The translations under genes and the position numbers were made by a program. The notes beneath the pieces were generated by a model that saw only the letters and a program-made list of their open reading frames with translations, was not told the origin of the DNA and made no database searches. Shown piece after piece: positions 24,361-38,117 of a DNA stretch of 64,000 bases (position 1 is the first letter of the stretch; every line of letters begins with the position of its first letter). The stretch is from Thalia democratica (taxonomy: Eukaryota), in contig OZ241828.1 of assembly GCA_965202585.1 (NCBI GenBank), positions 36,394,001-36,458,000 of the forward strand, written 5' to 3'.

Positions 24361-25393
24361 TTTGCATACAAAAAATCTATCAAAAAAATCATAGTATGTT
24401 GTATTTGCAAAACCATTATGTAAAAAATATTTGTCTTAATAATAATCTTTAGACAACTAGAACTTTAAAGTTTTAAGTTGAAAAACAAAATTATTTACTA
24501 ATTAAAATTTATTTATCATTTTTTAGAAATATTTGTACAAAAAACATTATGACTGACTTCACCCTGATTTTTGATATTGAACAGAAGTTTTATGAGGTGC
24601 AATTAGAATTAAATTTAACATTAAAAAAATATTAGTATGCATGATTTGATGTTACACATTCGAACATAAACAAGGTTAAATTTATTATTCTTTTTTTTGT
24701 GAATTACGTTTAAAAAATTATATAAAGTTCTTCAATGCTTTGTTTGAGATTTTTTAACGTTAAAATAAAAAAGGTTTAAAAATCAAAATAACTTATTACA
24801 ATGTTTTACCAAAGTTAAAGTTATATCTACTTATTTTTACAATAATTTAAAACACTTAAGTTGATTTTAATTTACCTTTTTTACAATTTTAGATAAGAGA
24901 TTTAAGTTTAAAATGTGGAAAAAAGAGAAAAAACAAAGATAACTTAAGATCAATATTAAATTCAAAACATAATGAAGACTTAAGTTTTTTGAATTAAAAT
25001 ATTTGTCTGAATATTCTTAAAAGTGAATCTTGTTTGAAAACTTTTTTTATGTAAAGTAATGACTAGTTTACGATGTTAAATTGGATTTAAATTTTTTTTA
25101 GGATTTTTAAAATAAATAATAATCCTTATTGCACTGATGGACAAGACGTTAAAAGGTATCCGTTGTTTTCTACTTAATAACCGAAAGGTTCTTCGTACAC
25201 CTGGCTCTAGGATCAATTATTCTGAGCGTCTTTTTTTTTTCGTTCAATAAACTATAAATTTGATTTGACAGTTGAAAAATATAATTTTACATTTAATATT
25301 GTATAATAAGTAATAATGTGCATGCTTAAATGCTTCAAAAGTACAAAAATATGTACAACTATTAAAATGTAAGTGCTTACTTAGTGCTTATAA

Positions 25394-25713
25394 CAAGGGT
25401 CGGCATCCTATTGTAACTCGCTAACCAATTTTCTCAGAAAAAAATTCTCGAGGGTCGCAGTTATTTAAAAACAATTATACTAATCAGTAGAAAAATACTA
25501 TTACAAATCAAAAGTACAATAACAAATCAGTAAAATGGCACCTTTAAACAGTATTTATTAAACTAAAAGCCGAATTGTAAGCTTTTATTGCAAAGCTTAT
25601 TATTTTTAAGTTTTTTTCAAAAGTATGCTTTCAGCTAAAAAGTACCTTGCGGGCCGCAGATTTTGGCTTTGAGGGCCGAATTTGGTCCGCAGGCCGCAGT
25701 TTGCCGACCCCTG
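25394..25713. mobile_element. hAT-superfamily non-autonomous MITE (320 bp)
   Basis: TIRs CAAGGGTCGGCATCCT / AGTTTGCCGACCCCTG (13/16). 8-bp target duplication GCTTATAA / GCTTAAAA. Not seen in the corresponding region of copy B. Confidence 0.8.
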
Positions 25714-27004
25714 GCTTAAAATAATCTTTGCATGTATTTTATACTACATTAAAGCATTTATTTAAAGGTTAGTCTTCGTTCAATAATAAATTTGGTCTTT
25801 GTATAAACTGAGCTTTCTATTTGTGAAAATTTTTTATAGTGAAAAATAAAATATTTGTGAAAATGTTATCTTAAAAAAATTATGAGTAATTAAGTGTAAC
25901 AAAAAATTGCTATGTATCGTTTTAAGTTCTTAAATTGTGAACCAGTATAAAAACGTTTAAATACAATATCTAGTTAGTTTATGAATTTTATTAAACAAAA
26001 GCTTGTTTTAAAGTATGATTCAAAATTCATTTGTTACTAAAATTAGATATTTACAAAAAAAAATCATGACTTTAAAACTTATCATAACCGAAAAGTTCTT
26101 TGTACACCAGGTCCTAAAGCAAAATATTTTGTACATCTTTTTTGTCGTTTAATATCCTATTACAATATCTGACACATTAAAAAAAAAACTTAATTTTTAC
26201 TTTGTATAAGAAAAAAAAAACAAAATCGAAAAATATCGACTACGGATTCCTACCTCGATATATATGCACGTTGCAAAGATGAGTAATAAACGTCACAGTG
26301 GAGTCATGAAACATTCATGTCACCAGGAACATACTACAAGCGAGCAAGGGAAAACTCAATACACCGAAAAGACTCATTTTTGTCACATTTTTTTTACACC
26401 TAACATACGGGTTAGAAAAGCGGTAACGATTCCAAATTTATATTGTACTTTTTTGTTTTTTTGTTTTTTCACTTAAGCAGTTGTTGTTAATTTTTTTTCA
26501 TTCTAATTAGTCAATAAAACCACTTAAAGACTGAAGCCTTTAAGCACTTTAAAATTTTGTACAGATAAAAACAGCTGTAATTGTTAAGTTGTAGATTCAG
26601 TTATTTAATTAATATATTTTGTTAATTACACTATTATGATTCATTTAATATATAAAGTACACTTATATTTTAATTGAAAATCTTTGTGGTTGCAAAAAAT
26701 TGAGGAAAAAAACAAAAAACAATTAATAAAAAGACAACCTAAGTGTCTTTATTTATGTTATGCTTTCACTATTGCATCGGTAACTAGTTTATTTCCATGA
26801 AATAATTCATGTTTCGTACAACAAACTAAATAAAATAAACAGTTTTTTGTCTGAAATTATTAGAATTGTTAGATTTTGAAAAGTTATGCAGCCAATTTTT
26901 AAAACCTTAAAATTAAGGAATAAGTGTAACTAAACCCAGTACAGCTAATTCGAAGATTATCTTTGAAGTTTTTCAAAGTTGTACATGATATTTTCGCAGC
27001 TGCG

Positions 27005-27145
27005 GTTTAGTTCAACGCGTCATGTGACATAAAGTTAAAAATTCAGCCTATTGATTTCAATGATTTCCACACAAATGGAATGGCAACATGAATCTTGCTG
27101 CCCGCTGCGGTTTGCTTTTGTAAAACATAAGCTAACTAAAATGTT
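27005..27145. promoter_or_regulatory. Paralog-conserved downstream block (partner ~61693-61832)
   Basis: AGTTCAACGCGTCA.GTGACATAAAGTT.AAAATTC...CAAATGGA.TGGCAACA is shared. Confidence 0.55.
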
Positions 27146-27739
27146 ATCTGCCAAAAAGTTGATTGAACACCTTAAATGCAAGTTAAGATTACAATAAAAA
27201 ATTTAAGCCTGACAGAAACACACTTTTTTTTTGTCTTTATTTAGTAAAACCAAAACAAGGTAGTTTTAGGTAGTTATAAGAAGAAAATATCTTATTTTTG
27301 GAAAATTTTGTAACCTTTTTATAGAAAATTAGCCAAAACTGACTAAAATTATTAAAATACTATGAAAAAAATTAGCAAAACCACAACGGAAATTAAAAAA
27401 ACATTTATTAGTTTTAACAAAGTTTTTAGAACTAGCAACTACTGCACAAACTCTTTTGTTTTATGCAGCTTGTTCCCAATACATATCGTAAAGAAAAAGT
27501 AAACTAGGCAATCAAACTAAGTGTAGTAGTTTTTCTAAAATTAATAAAACTTAAAAACAAATTTAGAAAAAGCAGACGAACAAATAGTAAGCACACAAAA
27601 AACGAAGTAATGCAAATTAAATAGGAATTAGTTTAAATTTTTCAGAAGTTTTATAAATAATAAGATAAACAAATATGACCTATTTGATTAAATTACATTA
27701 ACACATTAACATCTCATTAACGCAACCAATTCAACATCC

Positions 27740-28215
27740 ATTTAAGTTACAAAAGTTCGCTTCAAATTTTCCTTGACTCGAGACTGTCCTGTAGTGTTCG
27801 ATTCAGAAATCATCGACAAGAATTACAATGATGTTGTTGTGAAACAGTCGCAACTAACAGTTTGACAAGTTCTTGAAGTTTGCTGTAGTTCTTATTAAGC
27901 ATACAACTCTTACAGCTTACACGATTCATTACAAATGATACCTGATGTTCTATACGAAAAAACACATACTGCATGTTTTTATGCAACCCGGTAGCTACAA
28001 TTTTACACTTTCCACAATACCTGTGTGAGGTTCATTCCTCATTGTGATATCCTGCGGGAATTTCAACTTTGCGCGCGATCGTAATATTCTGCTCGGTAGC
28101 GAGATTTTATCACCACTAAGCAGACGGCTGCATTGTGAGCGCGTGCGTATGCGGCTGATAAGAGATAAGAAAATTATTTTTGAATCCAAGCCAACAACAT
28201 TTGTGTGTTTGAAGT
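27740..28215. promoter_or_regulatory. Paralog-conserved downstream block (partner ~62305-62680) with tandem GATA sites
   Basis: AGCGCGTGCGTATGCGGCTGATAAGAGATAAGAAA.TATTTTTGAATCCAAGCCAACAAC is shared. Copy B lacks about 55 bp from the middle. Confidence 0.62.
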
Positions 28216-31200
28216 AGTTTGAGCTGGTTGAACTGTTTTAATGCATCTTGAAATTAAAATCATTAGAATACTTTATAAATATATTATTATTATTTTTTTA
28301 AATATTGTTTTGTGACAATTTAATTTTGTAAAAATTATTTAAAATCACCCTAGAGGCTTAAAATTTGAAAAGGGATTCTTTTTTATGTAATAATAACTTT
28401 AACCTTAGTGTAGTTTAAATTATTTTAGTTAAAATAAAAATGTTTAAGCAACTTTTAAAACTTTATTACGGTGTAATTAATCTGTTTTTAAAGCTATAAA
28501 CTTAGAACTTTATATTGTTACATTGGTGCAATGTTAGTTTATATAATTAAACTGCCTTTATTTATTTTAAAATAGATTGAAGCTCTTGCTTTATTAAAAA
28601 ACATAAACGCATTTTTGATAATTAGGTTGTGTACAAAAGCTTACTCGCATTGTCTTTTAATTTGACCAATTCAAATTTAATTGAATCAATCATGTTTACA
28701 CTCTAACTTTAAAGCTTATAGTAAACATAAAAACTGTTTTTATACAACATTAATTAAGAGCAAAAAAAAAAAACTTTAGTTTGTTTAAGTACTGTTATAG
28801 GAAGGTTTTTGAACGTATTTATATACCATTTGCAACTTAATATCAATAGATTATTCATTTTGTTTTATATTTTGTTACACAAAGCTTTTCAAAACTATAC
28901 GAGCTTAACTAAACTTTTAACCTCTAAATCTCTAAATTTTGTATTTATTTAATTTATTCATACGTCATAATTTAAAGTTATTTTTAAGCTGTTCACTTAC
29001 CAAAAAAAAAATTTCAAATTTTATTTCTAATTCATCAATTAACAATTAAACTTGTATTATTTTGAAAAGCTTTGTGCAATAAATTATAAATCAAAATGAA
29101 TAATCTATTGATATTAAATTGCAAATGGTATTAAATTTAGTTTGTTTATTATGTAGTGTTTGTATGATAAAGTCATTAAATATATTGTTTTTTGTACTGT
29201 ATTAAAAGTATATATGTTTAGAGCAGAAAACTTTTTTTTCAAATTACTAATTGTGCGACTTTGTTATTATTTCAATCACGATAGCTTTATAAATAAGCAT
29301 AAAACAGCATTAAAGGAGAAAATATTAGTAAAAAGTACATTAAAAGAATGAGTTTAAAACTGTTTTTATTACAGTCTGAAAACAAAAACAGGGCTACAGA
29401 ATTTTTTGAGATGAAACAAAAGTTCGCTTTGATGATGAGTTGGCAAGTTTACATGCAAATCGGACATTTTAGTCACTTTTTACACGTGTTTTCACCTGAA
29501 TTTCACTCAACATTCGAAAATGACCAGCAACTATCAATCAATATGTTACCTCTTAATAACCAAAAATATAACGCGACTTTGTTACGTCATATAGAGCTTG
29601 GCACATCCGTTGTGGAACTTGCATGCGCTGCATTTTATTTCAGCCTGAATACTTAAGCCACATTTTTCTATTGATTGTATTTATTTTGTCGTGTCGTGAT
29701 TTCATAGACATTATGGAAGCAAAGTTAGCCAGCATTCGTGTCTAGAAACAAGCCACCTGTCTCGATTTAAATTGTATTATTTTTACGCTGCTTCTATTAA
29801 GTAGATTGATGTATTAAGTTTTAAAGGTATTAGAGTAGAAAAAAAAATGTTTTCATACAATCAACTTTTAAAACACTATACAATACATTGATTAATTTTA
29901 TTCTACGAATTTAAGCTTTTGAATAATAAAATTAAGCAAAAACAGTTTTGTAACACTTTAACTTGAATGTAAGTTTTATTAACTTTTTTTTTTATACAAT
30001 CAAAATCATAGCAATAAGCCTTATTGCAAATATAAGCTTCCAACTGCATTTAAAAGTAACAGTTTTAGAATTTTTTTTCATAAAATTATACGGAAGCTAG
30101 TTAAATGACATTTACGATAGTAAAAAGATGATTGTCAGAAGGAAACTTTTATACCGGATATTTGCACACAATAAAATTTAGTTTTTATTTGAAACCCTTT
30201 TTGATGAGTTACTGCTACAACGAAATCACATATTAAAAAGATATAAAAGAAGACTAGATAAATAGACTTTTATTATTTTTTTACAGTTATTCACAATCGT
30301 AATTATTAATTTGATTAGAATTTTAGTATAATCGACAAAATTAAATTAAAACATGTTAAACGAGCAGTTATGAATCATGAAAAAATATAATTTATAATTT
30401 AAGTATGTTTGCTAATGATTGGTACCGTCTAGAACATTTTATAAAAAAAGAACTATTTATTTTGTAAACCTCTAATTAAGCTATAATTCTATACCATATA
30501 TAACCATATAATCCTTTAACAACTTCACAAGAAACTATTTTTTATTCAAATAAGAAAATTACACAACAATGCACTTGCAAAACAAAACTATATAAAACTA
30601 CAACACGATTCAAAAAAATCCAGAGATAATAAATAATATTTGTTTAGTAAACTTATATTATTTGCATTGCTGTCGATCAGTATACAAACACGATCGGTTG
30701 CTAACAGTAACGCGTTTCTATGCAACATTCACGCGTGAGCGATCACAAAACTGGCGCTACTGTTAAGCTCGAATCAAACTTCGAAATTATTTTATTTTAC
30801 CGTGTGACTTTCCACAGCAATTACTACCTTCGCATCATCTGGTCGGGATTTAAAATAAATCCTCTGTCTTGTTGCGACCTGATGAAAGCAAAATAACTTA
30901 AACGGCGATGTTTTCTTATTCTCACACTGTAAATGCAACCGGAATACTTGAAATGAAAACACATGCATAAAAATCAAACAAAGCCTTTGAGCAAATTACG
31001 CTTGTATTTTATCAACCAAATATATTCTTATCTAAGTCTTCAAAAATTCAAAAAGATTTCTACTTCTAGCTGCTAATTCCATTGGCGCGACGGGAAAAGG
31101 GGAATTATTTGCAACTGTGAAATTTAATTAAGGATTAGCAGAGTTGTTGGAACTCTCGTTATCTACAAAGTCTTCACATACGAGAGAGTTGTAGCAACCA

Positions 31201-34200
31201 TCAATCTTTTGTGAAGAATGCACTAATGTGTGTTTGTTGTAAACTTGGTTGATTATATTGCATTAGTTCGTGTGAGGTTTGGTTTTATAAGTTTAGATGA
31301 AGTTATAACTTAATGCATACTGAGCAGCTTAGATTTATTTTTAGTTATTTTTTTTTTCTGTTAACTTATATCTTTTATACACATAAATGCTAAGGTTTTA
31401 ATAACAATGTGCAATTTAAGTTTATAAAAACATTATGTAGTTGTTGAAATACAAAACATGTTACAAACCTACAATTATTTTTCTTCGGCGTTAATTGTTG
31501 TAACCAGAGCTTTTATACTAAATTTTGGTTTATAGTTATAAAGGTAAAACTGCAAACAGAAGCCGCACGATATAAAAGATTAACCGTCATATATAAAAAA
31601 AGTGTAAATATTTTAGTTTTCTAGAACTTATTTGTTAGTAAAAGAAGAGTATTTGACTAATTTATGTTTACCTTAAATACTCTCAGTAGTTCCACAAAGC
31701 ATAGAAAGCTTCAAAAAAAAACTTGTTAAAATAGTTTTTATTTATTTTTAAACAAATCTTTAGTTTGTTTTTTAGATTGACAAGTTTAGCTCATACGTTA
31801 AAATGTTGATATAGTTTGACTGACAAGTACTTTGATGCATGAATTTTTATTGTTTCGTGTCAATTGTTATCAATGCGTTTGCTTCTAAAATTTATACCTT
31901 CCGTGAGAAACAGAAATATTTATATATTTTACAAAACCGACTAGACTTCTGAAATTTAGTTCTTCCGTGAGAGTTATTTAAAATATTAGTTTTACGAAAA
32001 TGACTGAAATTAAACGGATTGTAACGAAATAAAAATGTTTTTACAACTTCTTACAAATTCACTTACAGCTTCCACAGCTGATTTTAACAAATATTAGTTT
32101 AACCATTAAGGTGGCAATAAACTTGGATGATGTTTACGCAGAAGCAACTTTTCCACAACTTGTCTTAAAACGACAGTTACAATTTGAAAACTTGCTTAAT
32201 AGCAGTTCAAACAAAACACTTTTGCGCGCCCCTCGTCAAATCAAAAGTTTTCTTTTGCCAAAACAAAAGCAATCTGGCCTGATTAATATCGAAACATTTT
32301 AACAGCATAATATATTGGCCATGTGACAGAAATGTGCATTAAGACGGAAAAAAAGTAAGCAAAAAGCTTTTAAACTTGAAACATTTTAGTGGCTATTGTA
32401 TCAGCTATGTGGTGAAATATTGTGCATTAAAATGGAAAAAGGAAAATAACAAAAAGCTTTCAATGCTTCAAATTTGTTTGGTTGTATATTTAATAACAGT
32501 AAAACACAGATAGCTAAAACATTTATGAGCAATAAAGATAAAGAAAAACAAATAAGATCCTTTTTGTCGATTTATATAAATAAGACAGTTTTTTTTGCGT
32601 CTTGATGCTAAGATTTTGCTAAAATGAAAGACTGCGAAATTAAAAAAGCTCACTTGTAAGTTAATTTTGTCAAAAATATTACGTCATATTAATTGACATT
32701 AAAAGTATCTTAAACATAAGAGATGGTAAACACTCTGCAACAAGAAAATGCTTCAAGTTATCATTTTTAATAATTAGCTCATTATTCATTTTTGTTCAAG
32801 GATTATAAAAACTGTTTAATAAAACAAAAAATTAGGTCCTGTTAAAACTGCTTAAAATAACCATGTTTGAATAGTCACAAGTCACATTTTGCTGTTTTTG
32901 TTTTATCTGTTTGAAATAGTTGTATTGACAATTTTGAACCGTCAAGTATCTAAACTGTCTCGTGTTCAGTCAAGAATTGTGTTAAAAACATGTCAAGTTT
33001 CTTATCGCATTTTATCATTTGCCATCCTTTACTTTTTGTTGTTTCTAAACCGTGGCGCCAGTAACAAATCCCCATACAAGAAAAAAACATTTCTTCAGAA
33101 AACCAAGAAATAGGTGGTTGTTATGAGAAGTTTGAAGGGCTCACAAAGATGCTGAGTAAGACACATTAGACATTGACTTGCTCATAAAAGTTTGTGCTCA
33201 GAAGTGTTTTGGTTGTGTTATGAAGTTTGTTTATTTGTTTTAAGCTTACGTGAAAGGACTCATAAAGCTACAAGATCTAAACTTTTCATACCTGTCTTAA
33301 GTAAGTTATTTTCTGTTCTTTTTAGAATTAGACTTATAAAGATTTATGAACAATTTAGACCTATTTTTAAGATATGATACTGAACATTGTGACTAAAAAT
33401 ATTCACAACATTTTTAGAAAACTTTGATGAATAATTATCTAAACTTGAGTTTATACTTTAGTCTTAACGAGCAAAACGTAATCTAGTCTTAACTCATGTT
33501 TTTCTAACTATTCAAGGAGTGCTTTATATATTTTATTTTAAATCACTACAAACTTATAAATTTCAAGTTCAAAAGTAAAATATTTGTTTGTTTGCATACG
33601 AACATTAAACTTAAAGTGAAAAAAAGCATGTTTCGTTTATACATAAAACAAAGTTAAACTGAATTGTTATAAATTTTTTTTTGTTAAAAATTAAACTGCT
33701 TAAAAAAATAAAAATTCTTAGAAGCGTATATTTAAGAATTTATCACCAAGATTTTAATTTTAAGTTACCAGGTTTTAGGAAATCAGTTTTCATAGAAAAA
33801 GCAGCTAGTAGTAATTTATTTGCTGCAAACATAAAAATACTTCAACGTTTTTCACAAAAACTGAAAAGTAAACTCTTGGTTGCGTAACAATAAAGTTTTT
33901 TGAGTGATTGAAGAATAACTTATAACCTAGAGAAAAGCGAATTTCAGCTGAATGCCAACTTGAATTTGTAGCGTGTAGATTAACGTGTTAAGTTGTTAAT
34001 CCACGCGTTTCTTTTGTACAAACATAAACCTCAGTCTAATCTTATGTACGGTTTCTCGAATTTCAAAAAACTGTACCAAGCTTAAAAGCATACCAATTTC
34101 AAGCTTATGGCTTTTCAAAAGATTTCAAAGTTAACTTTATCTAAAATCTTTTCAAGAAAATTTACTAAAGCTTAAACTTTCTATGTATAACTGCTCAACC

Positions 34201-35302
34201 ATCTGTTTTACTGCTTAAACTGGCACAAACTTGAACTTCTGACCAGAAATAAAGTGATCCGGTGGGTTGTCTGGATAGCTCAGGGTCAGAACTTTTTTCA
34301 AGGCTACTTGTAGCATTGGTAGCATTTTGTCGGCAGGAAACCGTCGAAATTTTCAAATTTCAGAAGTTTCGTGGGCGGCAGATGTGTAAATAAAAAGTCG
34401 AATTAAGCAACATGTCATTATCGTCTGGCTACCGATTTTAAGTTAAAAACATACAGTTAACAATTGTAAGTTTAAAGAAGTACGAAGAAAAATTTTAACA
34501 CTTACTTAATTTGAAACGATATTGTTTGCACAACACAATTATGCAGTTGAAATTTTGTTTACAGCTAGCGCCTCAAATTTTAAAGTTAGTTTGAAACAGT
34601 AGATAAAGAGTTAAACAAAAAAGTATTTGTTGTCAGTTTACTAAACATGCACAAATTATATTTGGCTTACTGATTACTTTTAAAACAGACTTTTTCATGT
34701 CAGCATATAAGTTATAACATGTAAGTTTTTTAATGTTAAATTAAAATTGCAAAATTTATGTAAAATTAAAACATTTATATGTACAATACTTAATTAACTT
34801 TCAAATATAATATCTTCTTACGAATTGATATTTATATGTTGAGGTTTTTAAATAGCTATAGTTTACTCAAAAAGTAAATGAATTTAGTAAGACATGACTT
34901 TCACCAGCTTATGCTATTGGTAACGTACTGTTTAAGTTAATAATTACGTGTTATAGACGTTGGTATTTTAAAAATTAAAATAATCAAAAGTTTATAATTC
35001 TTTTTTACTGACTCTAAATACACACAATTGTTAGACTTATGTAAATTCAAAACTAAACAACTGCAATTGATAGACTTTTTTACCAACCCAGCGACCTTTT
35101 TTTTTTTTTTGCAATTGTCTTTTTTCCCTTATCTCGTTTTAGAAGATAATATTTTAGAGAAAAAAGTTCACATGTAGTTGTACAAGGCATATGTAGCCAG
35201 CACACTTTAATTTGAATTGTTTTTAGTTTTTTGTAACACCAAGTTAGCTATTAAAAAAATTTTGTTCATAAGCGTCATAAAATTGGCCAATCAGGACATC
35301 AG

Positions 35303-35609
35303 ATGAAAACCTCGCAGGTCGCTCATTTGACAGGAGATTTCAACGTTCCGCCTGAAAGTGGAGAGAACAACTTTGACAGTTTTCATTTGGACGATACGAC
35401 GCCACCTTACGGCTACTACTCGGTGGACAGCACCCAGGAATTCTTCTCACCTGGGCAGAACTATCAAATAGGGGAAAGCTACGGAAGCGAAATTGACTTT
35501 AACTCGAACCAGGGACAAGTTTCGAGCCAGGGGATGACCCCAATGTCGAGCGGGTCAAGTCAGATTGTTTTTTCTCAGAGTGTAGACATCACGCAAAAAA
35601 TTAATAGAG
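35303..35609 (+). CDS. isl: Probable first coding exon of Islet copy B (low-complexity acidic/Ser-rich N-terminus)
   Basis: 102-codon open frame with coding-like GC content. Donor G|GTTAAT is phase 1, matching the phase-1 acceptor of the LIM1 exon. No motif-level proof, and the N-gap separates it from exon 2. Confidence 0.6.
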
Positions 35610-36339
35610 GTTAATAGTCTTGTACTTTGTTAATAAATAAATTTCAGAAAGTTTTATGTAATCGATATATAAATATATTTTAACAAAAGAAATGTATGAA
35701 TAAAAATATTCTTTCTTTTATAGTTATAATAACATTTAAACATTAACGTTAAGTTTTATTTTCTCTTTTTTATTTAAAACAAAAATAGTTTTATTGAGCG
35801 CAGTATTTATCATAATATAATTCGACTAGAAATATTCTTTTTATAAACAACTATCTTATATTTTAACGTCAAAAAGCTACTGAAAGTATTATACACAAGT
35901 ATTTTAAATTGATAAATCTTTATTTTGCATCTTTATTCGAAACAAACAAAATGGCGTTTCACTAAATAGTAGTACGAACAACACAAAGTTGCAACTGTTG
36001 TATAATAAAAAATTTTTTTATTAATAAATAACATTCATAAATAACTATTTTTACTTTGATGTTAAACAATTGTAAGTAACTAAAAATGATAGTAGTATAG
36101 ATAGCTGAAGGGTTTAAAATATAGAAATTTCGTGTTAAGATACTAAAAAAGTTTTGCCGACTAGCAGTAAAACGTTTAGTGGGCTTGAGAAAAGGAATAA
36201 TTTTAAGTGTTTGATTAACAAATTACAAGTTTTGTAGATGCCGGTACAAGCTCGTTGTAAAAAATCACGCAAATTTGCAGCGAATTAAGCGGCCATTATC
36301 CCGGTGAACCAATGTAGCTACCGGACGATAAACCATTGA

Positions 36340-36539
36340 NNNNNNNNNNNNNNNNNNNNNNNNNNNNNNNNNNNNNNNNNNNNNNNNNNNNNNNNNNNNN
36401 NNNNNNNNNNNNNNNNNNNNNNNNNNNNNNNNNNNNNNNNNNNNNNNNNNNNNNNNNNNNNNNNNNNNNNNNNNNNNNNNNNNNNNNNNNNNNNNNNNNN
36501 NNNNNNNNNNNNNNNNNNNNNNNNNNNNNNNNNNNNNNN
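36340..36539. other. Assembly gap (200 N)
   Basis: Run of N. The flanks carry diverged copies of the same ~180-bp sequence (36160-36333 and 36745-36936). Confidence 1.
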
Positions 36540-37323
36540 TTTTTATTAAATAATATTTAAAAACTCAGTTGCAGTTGATAAATCACTAAAGTTCTTATAA
36601 AATAGTAAAAATTACAAAAATCAGCTTTTTAAACTCTGAGATAAAACACTTTTTAGATGATAGAAATGCTACAATTATTGATCACTTAAAACTTAAGAGT
36701 TTCAGATGGTACTTATTTAGCTATTTAAAAAAAAGAAAGCAACCGATTAGCAGTAAAATTTTTGGACCAAATATTGGTATCATTCGGTGAGAAAAGGAAA
36801 ATATTTTTAGGTGTTTGATTAATAAATTACAAGTTTTATAGACGCCGGTACAAGCTCGTTGTAAAAATTTACGCAAATTTGCAGCGAATTAAGCGGCCAT
36901 TATCCCGGTGAACCAATGTAGCTACCGGACTATAAACGGCTAAAATGTAGTTATATTTTTGATAAAAAACGTTTTATTTAACTCACCTTGTCTTCCTTTT
37001 AAGCCGCAATGAGGTGAATTTATGATTCTTTTTCCGGTGGTCGCTTTTACTTAATTGAAATTACGCGAAATGCGAAGTAAAATTTTAATTTTACTTAAAA
37101 CTTCTTGTCGATTTACATAAAATATATTTTTTTAGTATTAATGCGAGATTAATTTTAGCAATTAGTAACAAAGATTTATGTATAGAAGACACAATTAAAT
37201 TACAAAAACGTATATACATTTTTAATTTTTTTTACAACACTTGCTCAGATACAAACAGGAATACTTCAAAGTTCATGACTCAACTTAATTTTATCAAAAG
37301 TTATTCAATTAATATTTTTTCAG

Positions 37324-37504
37324 GTTTTACAAGGAACTGCATGGGGTGCGGGCACCTAATTCACGGCCCCTACATCAGCACGTCACAAGGGGTCGACTGG
37401 CACTCACAGTGTCTCAAGTGCGCCGCATGCGGATGTAACCTGGGAGATATGAGAACCTGTTATATCAGGGACGACAAACCTTACTGCAAAAACGACTACT
37501 TCAA
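37324..37504 (+). CDS. isl: Islet copy B, exon 2: LIM1 domain
   Basis: TTTTTCAG| acceptor; C-x2-C-x17-H-x2-C-x2-C-x2-C-x18-C-x2-D (CMGC...HSQCLKCAAC...CKND); AA|GTTTGT donor, phase 2. Confidence 0.95.
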
Positions 37505-38117
37505 GTTTGTATAAGATTATATATGATACTTTTGTAATACGCTTGATTTTGTTTTAGTGCTCGAAGAATGTATTTAACATGTAATATATCAGAAACTTTA
37601 AAATTAAATAATTACTTGGTAATATGTTAAGTCTATTTTAGATCACTATGAAAGCTATTTTAATATTCATCTATGTAGAAGAGGTTTAAATGAAAATTTA
37701 ATTTTAGAAAACATAACTTTAGAAACATTTGTTTTTCTTAAAACAACTAGTAAGTATACAAACAAGTGGTTACAAAACAATTCAAGTTCAGACAACTAAA
37801 ACTCTTGGAAAAAAATAAAAGGGCCACATCTCAAAATCTAGTAAACATTTTATTTAAATAATAAAAGCGGTCATAGGTCTATATAATACCTAGAAACAGA
37901 TTTTTTGACTTTGCAAAATTTTAAATATTTTTCGAGATATGTCAAATATAAGTTTTAAAGCTTAGAATTTTTAAGAAACTGTTTAACTTCTCTGTAAATA
38001 AATATTTTTTTTGCAAAATAATAGTAGTGTTTTTGGATATTAATTAAACCTACAACTAATTTCTTTTTTTTTAATTTATTACTTTTAGAGTTGTATTGTT
38101 TTAAACCCTTTTTTAAG

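Larger units (their letters stand above)
590..29450 (+). repeat. Segmental tandem duplication, unit A (visible alignable span)
   Basis: Exons and ~15 non-coding blocks are collinear with 46360-64000. The offset shrinks from 45780 at exon 5 to ~34550 at the window end. Confidence 0.92.

Noticed and set aside
26220-26476. 70-aa ORF in a moderately GC-rich patch
   Set aside because: No recognizable motif, splice signals or counterpart in unit B.
30200-30230. Hammerhead-like TTGATGA GTT...AAC GAAA
   Set aside because: C3 is missing and I could not build helix I or III.
34268-34320. tRNA A-box-like GGATAGCTCAGGGTCAGAAC
   Set aside because: No B-box, cloverleaf or second copy. The CpG-rich region may instead be promoter sequence, which is unproven.
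35282-35291. Palindromic ATTGGCCAAT as a CCAAT promoter box
   Set aside because: Only ~12 nt from the ATG, too close to support without transcription start data.
36336-36560. ORF of X residues
   Set aside because: Artefact of the N gap.
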